A DNA stretch of 64,000 bases from Myxococcota bacterium (lineage in GTDB: Bacteria; Myxococcota_A; SURF-8): the NCBI GenBank assembly GCA_965140415.1, contig OZ223209.1, positions 2,784,001-2,848,000 on the forward strand. The letters run 5' to 3'. Of this stretch, positions 29,037 to 38,894 are shown one piece after another (positions within the stretch are counted from its first letter, which is position 1; every line of letters starts with the position of its first letter). The translations under genes were made by a program, and so were the position numbers. The notes below the pieces were generated by a model. That model was not told the DNA's origin, ran no database searches, and saw only the letters and a program-made list of their open reading frames with translations.

Positions 29037-30413
29037 TCAGCATGTTTCAAGCCAGTTTGAAAGCCACTGGATCTGACGGCGCACCTCTTTTGGAGCGGTT
29101 CCTCCCAATACCGAACGAGTAAGGACGGCCTGTTCATAGCTAAGCGAAAGCTCGGTCAGAGAAAGTTCGGGGAAGTCGGCTTTCAATTCCTCCGGGGTGA
29201 GAGATTTCAAGTTCTTTTGTTGCGATTCCAGCTTTGAAACAAGCTTTCCAACACGTTCGTGAGCGAGTCGGAAAGGAACGCCTGTTTTGGTGAGCAAATC
29301 TGCCAAATCAGTCGCGAGAAGATCGCCACTAAGTGAATTAGACAATTTCTCTTCGTTGAACGTTGCTCCATTCAACGCCCCGGTGAAAACGCGCAAAACG
29401 ATTTCCGTTGTATCCAGAGCATCGAATAAAGCGGTCTTGTCTTCTTGTAAATCTTTTGCATAACTCAGAGGAACGCCCTTGGTGAGAGCGAGTAAGACCG
29501 TGCATTGTCCGATGACCCGTGCCGCCTTGCCGCGAACCAATTCCATCGCGTCCGGGTTTCGTTTTTGCGGCATCATCGAACTGCCTGTCGAATAGGTGTC
29601 GTCGAAACGGATGTAGCCGAAAGCGGGATTGGACCAGAACACGAATTGTTCGGCGTAACGGGACAAATGCGTGCAGATCCCGGCGCAGGCGAACACCGTT
29701 TCCTGAACGGCGTCGCGGTCGCTGATGGCGTCGATGCTGTTTCGAAGAACATCCGAAAAGCCTAGATCCTGAGCCAATCTTTCCCTGTCTACCGGGAAGC
29801 CGGAGCCTGCCAGCGCACCGCTGCCCAAAGGACAGCAATCGGCGTGGCTATAAGCTGCTTCAAGTCGCTCGATGTCACGTTTTAGTGCGAAAGCGAGTGA
29901 TAGCAGGAAATGTCCCAGCGTTACCGGTTGTGCGGGTTGAAGATGCGTGGTCCCGGCGAAAAGAGTATCCACATGTTGTTCCGACCGTTTTAGAAGTACG
30001 CGAAGTAGTTGACGGGTCAACTCGATCTGCGCTTTCAGGGCGGACTTTAAATAAAGTCGTAAATCGCAAACAACCTGATCGTTGCGACTACGACCTGTGT
30101 GAATTTTCGCTCCTGTTGGTCCCAGTTTCTCAGTTAGAAGGCGTTCGACCAGGGTGTGTACGTCTTCATCATCGGGAAGAGTATCGAAGGCACCTTGTTC
30201 AAAATCAATAAGGATCGCATCCAGAGCGGGGAGCAACTCCGACAGTTCCTTTTCGGAAAGGACGCCGATACGCTGCAATTCCTTTGCCCAGGCTTTATTC
30301 GTTTGGATGTCGTATGGTAGAAAGCGGATATCTACCGGTAACGAGCGGTTAAGTGCGTCCATCCATTCGTCGGATTCGTTCTGAATGCGTCCCTGATAAA
30401 GTGTCACGATCAA
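29037..30413 (-). CDS. argH: Argininosuccinate lyase
   Basis: [24 protein letters not shown] and DLQEDK motifs. Confidence 0.97.
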   Translation of the reverse strand: MIVTLYQGRIQNESDEWMDALNRSLPVDIRFLPYDIQTNKAWAKELQRIGVLSEKELSELLPALDAILIDFEQGAFDTLPDDEDVHTLVERLLTEKLGPTGAKIHTGRSRNDQVVCDLRLYLKSALKAQIELTRQLLRVLLKRSEQHVDTLFAGTTHLQPAQPVTLGHFLLSLAFALKRDIERLEAAYSHADCCPLGSGALAGSGFPVDRERLAQDLGFSDVLRNSIDAISDRDAVQETVFACAGICTHLSRYAEQFVFWSNPAFGYIRFDDTYSTGSSMMPQKRNPDAMELVRGKAARVIGQCTVLLALTKGVPLSYAKDLQEDKTALFDALDTTEIVLRVFTGALNGATFNEEKLSNSLSGDLLATDLADLLTKTGVPFRLAHERVGKLVSKLESQQKNLKSLTPEELKADFPELSLTELSLSYEQAVLTRSVLGGTAPKEVRRQIQWLSNWLETC

Positions 30414-31690
30414 TCCCTTTTGAAATTATAGCGGAACTTCGAATATTTCGGTGCTTGATAGCCGTTGAGGCGCTCGCCGCCTTCCATTTCGATCAAAGTC
30501 CGAACCTTGATTGGCAGACCATACAGGTTGATGAAGCCTTCCGCGTCGCTCTGGTCGTACACGTCGTCCTGGCCGAAGGTGGCGAAGTCTTCCCGATACA
30601 GCGAGTAAGGCGAGCGCCGACCTTTGACGATGATATTTCCCTTGTACAGCATCAGGCGAACATCGCCGGTGACGTTCTGCTGGGTTTCGGCGACGAATGC
30701 ATCCAGCGCCTCGCGCAAAGGTACAAAGTATCGTCCATTGTATACCAACTCGGCATATTTCGGAGCAAGTTGTTCTTTAAAGTGCATGGTCTCTCCATCG
30801 AGCACCAGACTTTCCAATTCGTGATGAGCCATGTACAGAATCGATCCGCCGGGAGTTTCGTATACGCCACGGGATTTCATGCCGACCAGACGGTTTTCAA
30901 CGATGTCCACACGCCCGACGCCGTGAATGCGTCCCAGTTCGTTCAGTTTCTCAACCAGATCGGCGGCGGAATAGGGCTCGTCATCGATGCTTTTAGGGAC
31001 TCCTTTTTCAAAGCCGATCTGTACTTCCAACCCCTCATCGGGAGCTTCCCAGGGGGCATTGGTAATATGGAATACCCGATCAGGGGCGCTTTCCCAGGGA
31101 TCTTCCAATTCGCCGCCTTCACTGGAAAGGTGCCACAGGTTGCGGTCGTGACTATATATCCCCTTGGGATCGACGTTTAGCGGAATATTGCGCTCTTTGG
31201 CATAGGCGATGGCATCTTCGCGGGAGCGAATATCCCACATGCGCCAGGGTGCGATAACCTTGATTTTCGGATTGTAGGCTTTAAAGGCCAATTCAAAACG
31301 CACCTGATCGTTGCCTTTGCCGGTGCAACCATGCGCGACGGCGTCTGCCCCTTCTTCTTCAGCCACTTCCATCATGCGTTTTGCAATCAATGGCCGGGCG
31401 ATGCTGGTTCCCAAAAGATAGCGTCCTTCATAGACTGCGCCAGCCTGCACCATCGGGAAAAGATAGTCGCTGCAAAAGATCTCCTTCAGATCATCGACGA
31501 TCAGCTTTTCGGCACCGGTTTTCAAGGCTTTTTGCTCCAAGCCTTCCAGTTCTCCCACTCCCTGACCGACATCTGCAACGTAGGCGACGACCTGGCAGTT
31601 ATAGCGCTCTTTCAACCATGAAATGATGATGGAGGTGTCCAATCCACCAGAATATGCTAATACGACTTTCTTGATTTCTTGCTCGTCCAT
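30410..31690 (-). CDS. argG: Argininosuccinate synthase
   Basis: [24 protein letters not shown] and SRGVYETP motifs. Confidence 0.98.
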   Translation of the reverse strand: MDEQEIKKVVLAYSGGLDTSIIISWLKERYNCQVVAYVADVGQGVGELEGLEQKALKTGAEKLIVDDLKEIFCSDYLFPMVQAGAVYEGRYLLGTSIARPLIAKRMMEVAEEEGADAVAHGCTGKGNDQVRFELAFKAYNPKIKVIAPWRMWDIRSREDAIAYAKERNIPLNVDPKGIYSHDRNLWHLSSEGGELEDPWESAPDRVFHITNAPWEAPDEGLEVQIGFEKGVPKSIDDEPYSAADLVEKLNELGRIHGVGRVDIVENRLVGMKSRGVYETPGGSILYMAHHELESLVLDGETMHFKEQLAPKYAELVYNGRYFVPLREALDAFVAETQQNVTGDVRLMLYKGNIIVKGRRSPYSLYREDFATFGQDDVYDQSDAEGFINLYGLPIKVRTLIEMEGGERLNGYQAPKYSKFRYNFKRD

Positions 31691-31722
31691 TGTTTGCTTC
31701 CTTTTTCTATTTGATTTTTCCG

Positions 31723-32160
31723 TTACTTGATCAGGTTTCGAAGTGTTTTTATCGCTTGCTGTGTTTTGGCAGGACCATCGCAGGCGACGAAGACGGTGTC
31801 GTCACCGGCAACCGTTCCAACAACAAAGGGGAACCTGGCGTTATCCAGGGCGATTCCTACTGCGCCTGCTTCTCCGACCGGAGTGTGAATGACCAACATG
31901 CTGTCACCCGCTTTGTTGATTGCCATTATTTTTTCTTTGAGTCTTTTCGGTAAGGGTTCCGAACGAAGTTCGGGACCAGGCAGAGCGTATTGACCTTGTG
32001 TTTTAATCAGCATAAGGGATTTGATATCGCGTGAAATCGTGGCTTGTGTGGTGTCGAAGCCTTGTTTCTTCAACGCATCCGCCAATTCGTTCTGGGTGCT
32101 GACGCGCTTACTGGCGATCAATTCCAGAATGGCTTCTCGTCGTTTTCGAGTGTCAGACAT
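31723..32160 (-). CDS. argR: Arginine repressor
   Basis: TQATISRDI and GTVAGDDT motifs. Confidence 0.95.
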   Translation of the reverse strand: MSDTRKRREAILELIASKRVSTQNELADALKKQGFDTTQATISRDIKSLMLIKTQGQYALPGPELRSEPLPKRLKEKIMAINKAGDSMLVIHTPVGEAGAVGIALDNARFPFVVGTVAGDDTVFVACDGPAKTQQAIKTLRNLIK

Positions 32161-33238
32161 GATTCGACTCCGTACCGCTGTGATTGTTCAGGAATTGAGA
32201 GGCGATTTGCAGATACGTTTGTGTGCCTGCTTCAAGTTCTTCTATGCTGATTCGTTCATCCGGCTGGTGGGAATATTTCGGATTTCCCGGTCCAAGCTTG
32301 ATGGCGGAAATTCTCGCTTTTTGTAAAAACGCCCAGTCGCTGGCAGCATCGGAGGCGAATACTTTCTTTTGCGGCAGAGTCCTACGAGCCGCCATCGCAA
32401 TCGGATGATCCGATGCCGTTTCACATGGAATCCAGTGATCAGAGCAAACGCTTATGTTTCCACTGACCACTCCCTGCAACAGCATCAGGATTTCCTCGTT
32501 GCTGTAGGAGGGGGTCGTTCGAATATCCAATAACGCTTTGGCGTTTGGCGGAGTGACATTATCCGCCACTCCTGCAAGAATTCGGGTCGGTGTAACCCGG
32601 ATCGTTCCAAGAGTTGGATGACTACGCTCGAAGGGAACCTTTTTCAAATTGATGAGATCGCCTGCCAGTAGATGAATCGCGTTGGTTCCGTTTTCACGGG
32701 CCGCGTGTCCCTGTTTGCCGGAATTTGTCAGTTCTACAACCAGCAAGCCGCGCTGTGAAATGGCGATATCCAGGTTGGTTGGCTCGCCGACGACCGCGCC
32801 CTGAAAGCTGCCCAGCTTTTTCAACAATCGGGGGAGGGAGGGGTCGTTGCCTTCTTCTCCGATGGAAAGCGCGACGACCAACTCGCCGCATTCAAAACCT
32901 TGTTGCTGCAAAGCAGTTGTTGCGGCAAGCATGGCGGCGCAACTGCCACGCGCATCCACTGCGCCGCGTCCGTAGAGCCAGTCGTTTTCTAGAATTCCCT
33001 GCTGAGCAGGATACTTCCAACCTTCTCCTGCCGGAACCGTATCCAGGTGGGAGTTGAACAGCAGCCGAACCCCGGACTTTTCCCCTTTAATGGCAACCCA
33101 TATTCCATCTTCACAACGCTGACAGGGCAGACCGGCATCCGTACAGATGTCGTAAGCGGTTTGCAAAATCGCTTCTTCATGACCGGTTTCCCCCGAAACC
33201 GCAAGCAAACGCTGCAATATGGACAGGGTGTCAGGCAA
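32153..33238 (-). CDS. argE: M20 family deacylase, acetylornithine deacetylase-like
   Basis: NSHLDTV, GRGAVD, GEE, GEPT and SHQPDE motifs; lies within the arg operon. Confidence 0.8.
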   Translation of the reverse strand: MPDTLSILQRLLAVSGETGHEEAILQTAYDICTDAGLPCQRCEDGIWVAIKGEKSGVRLLFNSHLDTVPAGEGWKYPAQQGILENDWLYGRGAVDARGSCAAMLAATTALQQQGFECGELVVALSIGEEGNDPSLPRLLKKLGSFQGAVVGEPTNLDIAISQRGLLVVELTNSGKQGHAARENGTNAIHLLAGDLINLKKVPFERSHPTLGTIRVTPTRILAGVADNVTPPNAKALLDIRTTPSYSNEEILMLLQGVVSGNISVCSDHWIPCETASDHPIAMAARRTLPQKKVFASDAASDWAFLQKARISAIKLGPGNPKYSHQPDERISIEELEAGTQTYLQIASQFLNNHSGTESNHV

Positions 33239-34151
33239 GTTCCGTCTCCTGATAAACCTGTTTTTCGCGTTCTTCGACGATCATGGTGCCGCAGCCTTCG
33301 CCGGTGAACAGTTCGACCAGCAGAGAATCGGGAGTAAAGCCACCGATGATGTGCGTTCGTTTGACGCCCGACTGCACGGCTTTAAGGCAGGCGTCCAGTT
33401 TCGGTCGCATACCGGCGGAAACCGCACCGCTTTGCAGCAACTCATCCAAGTCCTGCTTGTCGGCAAAAGGAATGAGCGAACCGGGATCGTCCAGATTGGC
33501 GAAAAGGCCGCCGCTCTGAGTGATGAAGATCAGTTTCTTGGCTTGCATGGAAACGGCAACGGCTTTTGCGATGCTGTCTGCGTTGATATTAAGCACCTGG
33601 CCCGCTCCGTCACTGGAAAGGCAGGACAGCACCGGCACGTAGTCTTGATCGAGCAGTTGCGACAAGGTTTCAGTGTCCACGGAAACGATGTCCCCCACAA
33701 AACCGAAATCAACCGTTTTTGTATCGCCCTCATCGGTTTCAATGGAGACTGGAGGTCTTTTGCTTGCCAGGATCATATCGCCGTCCACACCGCTCAAGCC
33801 CACTGCCTTGCATTGCTGCTTTTGCAGGGAGACCGTCAGATCCAGGTTGAGTTGTCCGGCGTAGACCATTTTAACGACATCTAAAGTCCGCGCATCGGTT
33901 ACACGTCGACCGGCGACCATGACCGGCTCGATGCCGAGCTTACGGCTGATTTCACTGGCTTGCGGTCCACCGCCATGAACGACGACCACACGAATGCCGA
34001 GATCATTCAAAAGGGCGATCTGCTCTGCAAGATTGGTGACAGCGTCTGCATCGTTCAGAATCGCGCCACCGATTTTAATAACGAACGTCTGTTTTTTGTA
34101 ATGGCGAATGTACGTTCGTGCTTCCTTAAGTGAAATAATCGAAGGATTCAT
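33231..34151 (-). CDS. argB: Acetylglutamate kinase
   Basis: IKIGG, VHGGG, GRRVT, NINAD and GMRPK motifs; no GNAT domain. AGGAG RBS precedes ATG 34151. Confidence 0.92.
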   Translation of the reverse strand: MNPSIISLKEARTYIRHYKKQTFVIKIGGAILNDADAVTNLAEQIALLNDLGIRVVVVHGGGPQASEISRKLGIEPVMVAGRRVTDARTLDVVKMVYAGQLNLDLTVSLQKQQCKAVGLSGVDGDMILASKRPPVSIETDEGDTKTVDFGFVGDIVSVDTETLSQLLDQDYVPVLSCLSSDGAGQVLNINADSIAKAVAVSMQAKKLIFITQSGGLFANLDDPGSLIPFADKQDLDELLQSGAVSAGMRPKLDACLKAVQSGVKRTHIIGGFTPDSLLVELFTGEGCGTMIVEEREKQVYQETELA

Positions 34152-34158
34152 GTTCTCC

Positions 34159-35316
34159 TCATTCAAAACAACGTTGTAAGGCTTCAACAAACAGCAAGGC
34201 GTCTTTTTGAGACAGCACCAGTGGTGGCATCATACGGAAGATTTCGGGACGATTGCTGCTGCCGACGATGATGCGGTGTTTTTGCAGCAGGTGTTGTCGT
34301 ATGGGGCTGCTGTCTTCAAAGAGTTCCACGCCCAACAACAACCCACGACCATGCACCGCTTTGACTTTCGAAAGCTTTTTCAAGGCCGTTTTCAGTCGAT
34401 CGCCAACCGAACGGGCCTGCTCAAGAACGTTTTCTTTCTGGAGGATATCCAATGTTGCCAGCGCCGCCGCGCAAGCCAGGGGACCGCCACCGAACGTCGA
34501 GCCCAGCATCCCGCTTTTGACATGTTGGGTGATCGCTTCATTGGCGATTGTCGCTCCAACCGGAAAACCACCGGCCAGGCCCTTGGCCATGGTCAGAATA
34601 TCGGGAGTGACTCCGTATGCTTCGGCTGCCGTATAAAAGCCCATGCGACCCGCACCACACTGCACTTCATCGAAAATAAGAACGGAACCGGTTTCATCGC
34701 AACGCTTGCGCAACGCCTGGAGAAATTCCGGACTTGCATCGATTGCACCGGCCAGACCTTGCACCGGTTCGATGATGACGGCGGCGCAGTCGTCCGTGAC
34801 AATCTCGTTCAAATCCTGCGTTTGATTCATTTCAATCAGGCGAACGTGCGGAAAGAGAGCTTCTCCATTACAGGATGCAAGCTTGCGGTATTTTTCGATG
34901 CCTGAAACGGCCAGCGTGAGCAAGCTGCGACCATGGAAGCCGCCATGAATTGAAACGATGGTCTTGCGTCCGGTTGACAAGCGCGCCAGGGTCAAGGCGT
35001 TTTCATTCGCTTCCGCACCGCTGTTACACAAAAATACGGAAGCAAGTCCCTTCGGCATCCATTCGAGCAATCGCTCGGAAAGCCTCTGGCGCAGCGGATG
35101 ATCGGAAATATTGGAGTAAAAGATTAAGCGCTCGGCCTGCGCCGCGATGGCTTGTACCAGACGCGGGTGACAATGACCGACGGAGGCGACGGCGTGTCCG
35201 CCGTACAAGTCGAGATATTCGTTGCCGTCTTCGTCGATGACGGTGCAGCCCGTACCGGCAACCAACTTCATCGGTAGTTGCGGATAAACGGGCATTTGTG
35301 GAGCGGGACTTAACAT
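34159..35316 (-). CDS. argD: Acetylornithine aminotransferase (class III PLP)
   Basis: NSGAEANE, FHGR, EPVQG, DEVQCG and STFGGGPL motifs. Confidence 0.9.
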   Translation of the reverse strand: MLSPAPQMPVYPQLPMKLVAGTGCTVIDEDGNEYLDLYGGHAVASVGHCHPRLVQAIAAQAERLIFYSNISDHPLRQRLSERLLEWMPKGLASVFLCNSGAEANENALTLARLSTGRKTIVSIHGGFHGRSLLTLAVSGIEKYRKLASCNGEALFPHVRLIEMNQTQDLNEIVTDDCAAVIIEPVQGLAGAIDASPEFLQALRKRCDETGSVLIFDEVQCGAGRMGFYTAAEAYGVTPDILTMAKGLAGGFPVGATIANEAITQHVKSGMLGSTFGGGPLACAAALATLDILQKENVLEQARSVGDRLKTALKKLSKVKAVHGRGLLLGVELFEDSSPIRQHLLQKHRIIVGSSNRPEIFRMMPPLVLSQKDALLFVEALQRCFE

Positions 35317-36350
35317 GGGTAGGCTCCTGTATGATGCAGCCCGGCGGTTTCGGAAAGACCGAGCATCAGGTTCATGTTCTGAATCGCCTGTCCGGCAGCG
35401 CCTTTGACGAGATTATCCAGAACAAGCGCGATTTCCACTTCATCGTTTTTCTGTGCCACGTGAATATGAACGTGGTTTGTGCCTGCAATCTCGGCCAGTT
35501 TTGGCGGCTGATCCAGGACATGAACGAAAGGCGCATTCTCGTTATAAAAGCGATTATATAAATCAGGAAGATCTACAGAAGTGATCTGTTCATTCTGAAG
35601 ATATGCCGTTGCGGCGATGCCGCGCACGAAAGGTCCGGAATGTGACAGCAAACGACTTTGAACGGTATGCCCTGCAATCCGGGAAAGCGTTTCGTTGATT
35701 TCCGGTTCGTGCTGGTGCGACAGCGTTTTGTAGGCATAGAAATTACCATCACGGAAGGGGTGGTGTGTTCCGATCTTTGGATGAATGCCGGAGCCGGATG
35801 AACCCGTTACTGCAAAGACGCCAACAGGAAACGAGAGCAGTCCTGCATTTGCCAAAGGCAATAACAGCAATTCTGCGGCGGTTGCAAAACAGCCGGGATT
35901 GGCGATGCGGGTTGTGGTTTCAATTTGCGGTTTAAAGGCTTCCGGCAGTCCATAAACGAAGGATTCCGTTAGTTCGAAGCAGTGATGTTCGCCGTAATTG
36001 TCTGCATATTCCTTTTGTGAGGAAAGCCTGAAATCGGCAGCCAGATCAATGATTTTTAAAGAGTCGTATGAAGTTAACTCCTTCATCAGTTTGTTGCTTT
36101 GACCATGCGGCATTGCCAGGAAAAGGACTTTGCATTGCTCTGCCAGTTGTGCCGGGTCAAGGTCGCGGAAGCAATCTTTTGTGAGATGACGCAAACTCGG
36201 ATGCACGCTGCATAAAGATGCGTTCGCGTGACTTCGGGAAATTGCCAGAACGTTTTCAACCTGTGGATGCTGATATAAAAGCCGAAGCAATTCTCCGCCT
36301 GCCAGTCCCCCTGCACCGATCACGCCTGCTGTAATCGTTGTTTCAGTCAC
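35310..36350 (-). CDS. argC: N-acetyl-gamma-glutamyl-phosphate reductase
   Basis: IDLAADFRL, IANPGCFAT and DNLVKGAAGQAIQNMN motifs. Confidence 0.95.
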   Translation of the reverse strand: MTETTITAGVIGAGGLAGGELLRLLYQHPQVENVLAISRSHANASLCSVHPSLRHLTKDCFRDLDPAQLAEQCKVLFLAMPHGQSNKLMKELTSYDSLKIIDLAADFRLSSQKEYADNYGEHHCFELTESFVYGLPEAFKPQIETTTRIANPGCFATAAELLLLPLANAGLLSFPVGVFAVTGSSGSGIHPKIGTHHPFRDGNFYAYKTLSHQHEPEINETLSRIAGHTVQSRLLSHSGPFVRGIAATAYLQNEQITSVDLPDLYNRFYNENAPFVHVLDQPPKLAEIAGTNHVHIHVAQKNDEVEIALVLDNLVKGAAGQAIQNMNLMLGLSETAGLHHTGAYPC

Positions 36351-37411
36351 AGCAGGGCCGCCTTTCTGGAATAGGCGTCCAGCACGATCTTGGATAATCC
36401 TTCGATATCCGAACGCGCGTTGTGCGCGGGGATACCCAACGAAGACGTGATGAAGTCACGACCTACCGCGTTGTCCGTCACGGGGCCGGTGAAGACATCG
36501 ACAGCCAGACCGAAGCTATTGTTGAATAGTTGTACTGCGCCAAAAGCTGCGACAGGGTCGGGAGCGCAAAGAACAAAACAGGCAGCGACGCTCATCAGTT
36601 GCTCATCGGACAAGATCTCCCGAACGCCGTATTGACCCAGGATGCCGTCGCCCAATTCGGCAACGATCAGATCCGGTGTTTCGCGAGCAAGTCTATTGAT
36701 CAGACCGCGCGCAATCGGAAGAATCATGTTGCCATTGGTGGAAACGACACCGGCATCGGTGAAGTCCATCACGGGGTCGGCTCCGGCATCGCCCATTGAA
36801 AGGATGTCGCGCATGAGGCTGACGCCGGTCAGTTTGACGGCGGCAACGCGCAAGCCTCGATGTGACAGGCGGCGCACGATTTCAGTTGCAGCCAGGGTCT
36901 TTCCGCTGTTCATGCTCGTTCCCGCCACGTAAATGATTGGCGGTGTGTTATCCAGCGTTTCGGCTGGTTGGATGTCGTTGGCGCTGATTGTGGCTGGCAC
37001 ACCCACACGATCTCCGATTTTTGGGAAGGCGAGCACGCTGCCAAGCACCTCGACATTAAAAGGATTTCCCAAGTCGGGATTGATAGCGGTGCATTTACCG
37101 ATGACGCCACCAAGGTTCAGAATTTGCAGCGTATCCCCAACGTTGACGGAAGAGGGGACCTGTCCTGCATAGCCTTGCAGCGCTTGTCTGGCTCCCAATA
37201 CACCGGCGACGATGTCTCCCTTGCGTATCTTGATCATACGTCCGGCATAGTTTTCGATGGTGTCGTATTGAAATTTCTGTGTGATTACGCGCACCGCGAC
37301 GATTGCGCCTTCGATGGCGGGGATTTCGTCTCCGATTACGGCGTTGTAATCCAGTTTCGCATTCCGTGTTGAAGAAGCGATTCGGTCAAGTTGTATTCGT
37401 CTCACATCCAT
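36347..37411 (-). CDS. DUF1611/DgcN-like P-loop protein, first gene of the arg operon
   Basis: GTSMNSGKT P-loop-like motif, KLTG..RD, DFTDAGVVST and ELGDGILG; stop overlaps the argC start. Confidence 0.7.
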   Translation of the reverse strand: MDVRRIQLDRIASSTRNAKLDYNAVIGDEIPAIEGAIVAVRVITQKFQYDTIENYAGRMIKIRKGDIVAGVLGARQALQGYAGQVPSSVNVGDTLQILNLGGVIGKCTAINPDLGNPFNVEVLGSVLAFPKIGDRVGVPATISANDIQPAETLDNTPPIIYVAGTSMNSGKTLAATEIVRRLSHRGLRVAAVKLTGVSLMRDILSMGDAGADPVMDFTDAGVVSTNGNMILPIARGLINRLARETPDLIVAELGDGILGQYGVREILSDEQLMSVAACFVLCAPDPVAAFGAVQLFNNSFGLAVDVFTGPVTDNAVGRDFITSSLGIPAHNARSDIEGLSKIVLDAYSRKAALL

Positions 37412-37419
37412 GGTTCACC

Positions 37420-37483
37420 TGCATAACAATGCAATAAACAACGTAGAAGGTGCATGAATATGCAGATTGCGCATAAAAGTCAA
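37420..37483 (-). promoter_or_regulatory. ARG boxes (ArgR operators) overlapping the arg operon promoter
   Basis: Palindromes TGCATAACAATGCA (37420) and TGCATGAATATGCA (37451). A degenerate third box at 37470 contains the minus-strand -35 TTGACT. Confidence 0.75.
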
Positions 37484-37577
37484 GGAATATTTCGTTCTAT
37501 TTCAGACTTTTTCGTGAGTTTTCGTAACTCTTGATTGCATGAAACGGTTTTTATAGGGTGGAAATTGCAAAAGCTTC

Positions 37578-37606
37578 TTGTTGGAATGATTCTTCTTGTC
37601 TATAAT
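37578..37606 (+). promoter_or_regulatory. Sigma70-type promoter for the DUF819 gene
   Basis: TTGTTG-17 bp-TATAAT. Confidence 0.55.
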
Positions 37607-37726
37607 CCGGCAGGTTTACAGGCAGTACCCTGTCATACGTTCAAAAGACTGCTCACACGCAAACTGCAAGCCGTTTGGAAATTCCACCTGCGTTGGTAGT
37701 TCGTACAACCTCAGGAAAGGTAAAGG

Positions 37727-38863
37727 ATGTCCAACACGCCACTTTGGGCCATGTCGCTGCAAATCCTACTGTTATTGTTGTTGCCTGCGCTTGTTTTAAA
37801 GGCTGCAAAGCATCTGAAAATCGTACAACTTCTTTCTCCTGTGCTTGTGTGTTACCTAAGTGGAATTGCGCTGGCCAACCAGGAGACGATCCCTCTTTCA
37901 TTTGATATTGCCATGATCGTAAGAAATGCGACGGTGGCACTGGCTATCCCGTTACTGCTCTATTCGGTGGATATAATCGGCTGGTTGCGCTTGTCGAGGG
38001 CAACGGTGATCTCTTTTGCATTGTGTGTCTTCTCGGTGATGCTGACCAGTGCCATCAGTCATTTCATGTACCACGATACCTTCGATAACAGTGCGAAAAT
38101 CGCCGGAATGATGGTCGGTGTGTACACGGGCGGGACGCCGAACATGAACGCCATCGGCACTGCGCTGGGAATCGAGCCGGAAATGTTCATCGTGCTGGAA
38201 AGCGTGGACATGATTATGGGAGCGATGTACCTGATGTTCCTGCTATCTTTCGGCCCACGTCTTTTTGCGTATATATTGCCTCCATTCAAAAACGCACAAG
38301 GTGTTGAAAATGAACTGAACGATCAACTTCCGGTAAGTGAAGTCCTTTTCAAGCATGTCATGATTTCATTAGGATTGACGATCGTCGTCGTTGCATTGGG
38401 TGGCGGGCTTGGAATGCTGCTGCCGAAAACCTTTCAAGAGGCGGGTGCCATTCTCCTGATCACGACCTTCGCGATTATTTGTTCGCTTAATCCGAAAGTT
38501 CGCAACCTGAAAGGTTCACATGAATCGGGCATGTACGTCCTACTGATTTTCTGTGTTGCGGTAGGAAGTTGTGCTAAATTCGAAACTCTGGTCAACACCT
38601 CTCCGGCTATTTTCGGTTTCATCGGTTTCGCCATGTTCGGTGCCGTGGTTCTGCATCTGCTGCTTTCCAAATTGTTCAAAATCGATAGAGACACCGTGAT
38701 TATCACCTCGGCTGCTGGTATTTTCGGTCCGGCGTTTATCGGTCCGATTGCACAAGCGCTTAATAACAGGGAAATCTTTTTCAGTGGTATCGCAACCGGA
38801 TTGGTTGGCTATGCGATTGGAAATTATTTGGGGCTTGCGCTTGCCTGGATGTTGGGTGGTTAG
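37727..38863 (+). CDS. DUF819 family membrane protein (putative transporter)
   Basis: Polytopic membrane protein with LAIPLLL, GVYTGGTPNM and GYAIGNYLG motifs. Confidence 0.85.
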   Translation: MSNTPLWAMSLQILLLLLLPALVLKAAKHLKIVQLLSPVLVCYLSGIALANQETIPLSFDIAMIVRNATVALAIPLLLYSVDIIGWLRLSRATVISFALCVFSVMLTSAISHFMYHDTFDNSAKIAGMMVGVYTGGTPNMNAIGTALGIEPEMFIVLESVDMIMGAMYLMFLLSFGPRLFAYILPPFKNAQGVENELNDQLPVSEVLFKHVMISLGLTIVVVALGGGLGMLLPKTFQEAGAILLITTFAIICSLNPKVRNLKGSHESGMYVLLIFCVAVGSCAKFETLVNTSPAIFGFIGFAMFGAVVLHLLLSKLFKIDRDTVIITSAAGIFGPAFIGPIAQALNNREIFFSGIATGLVGYAIGNYLGLALAWMLGG

Positions 38864-38894
38864 GGGATTTCCCACCAAAGACGAGTAGATTCAA

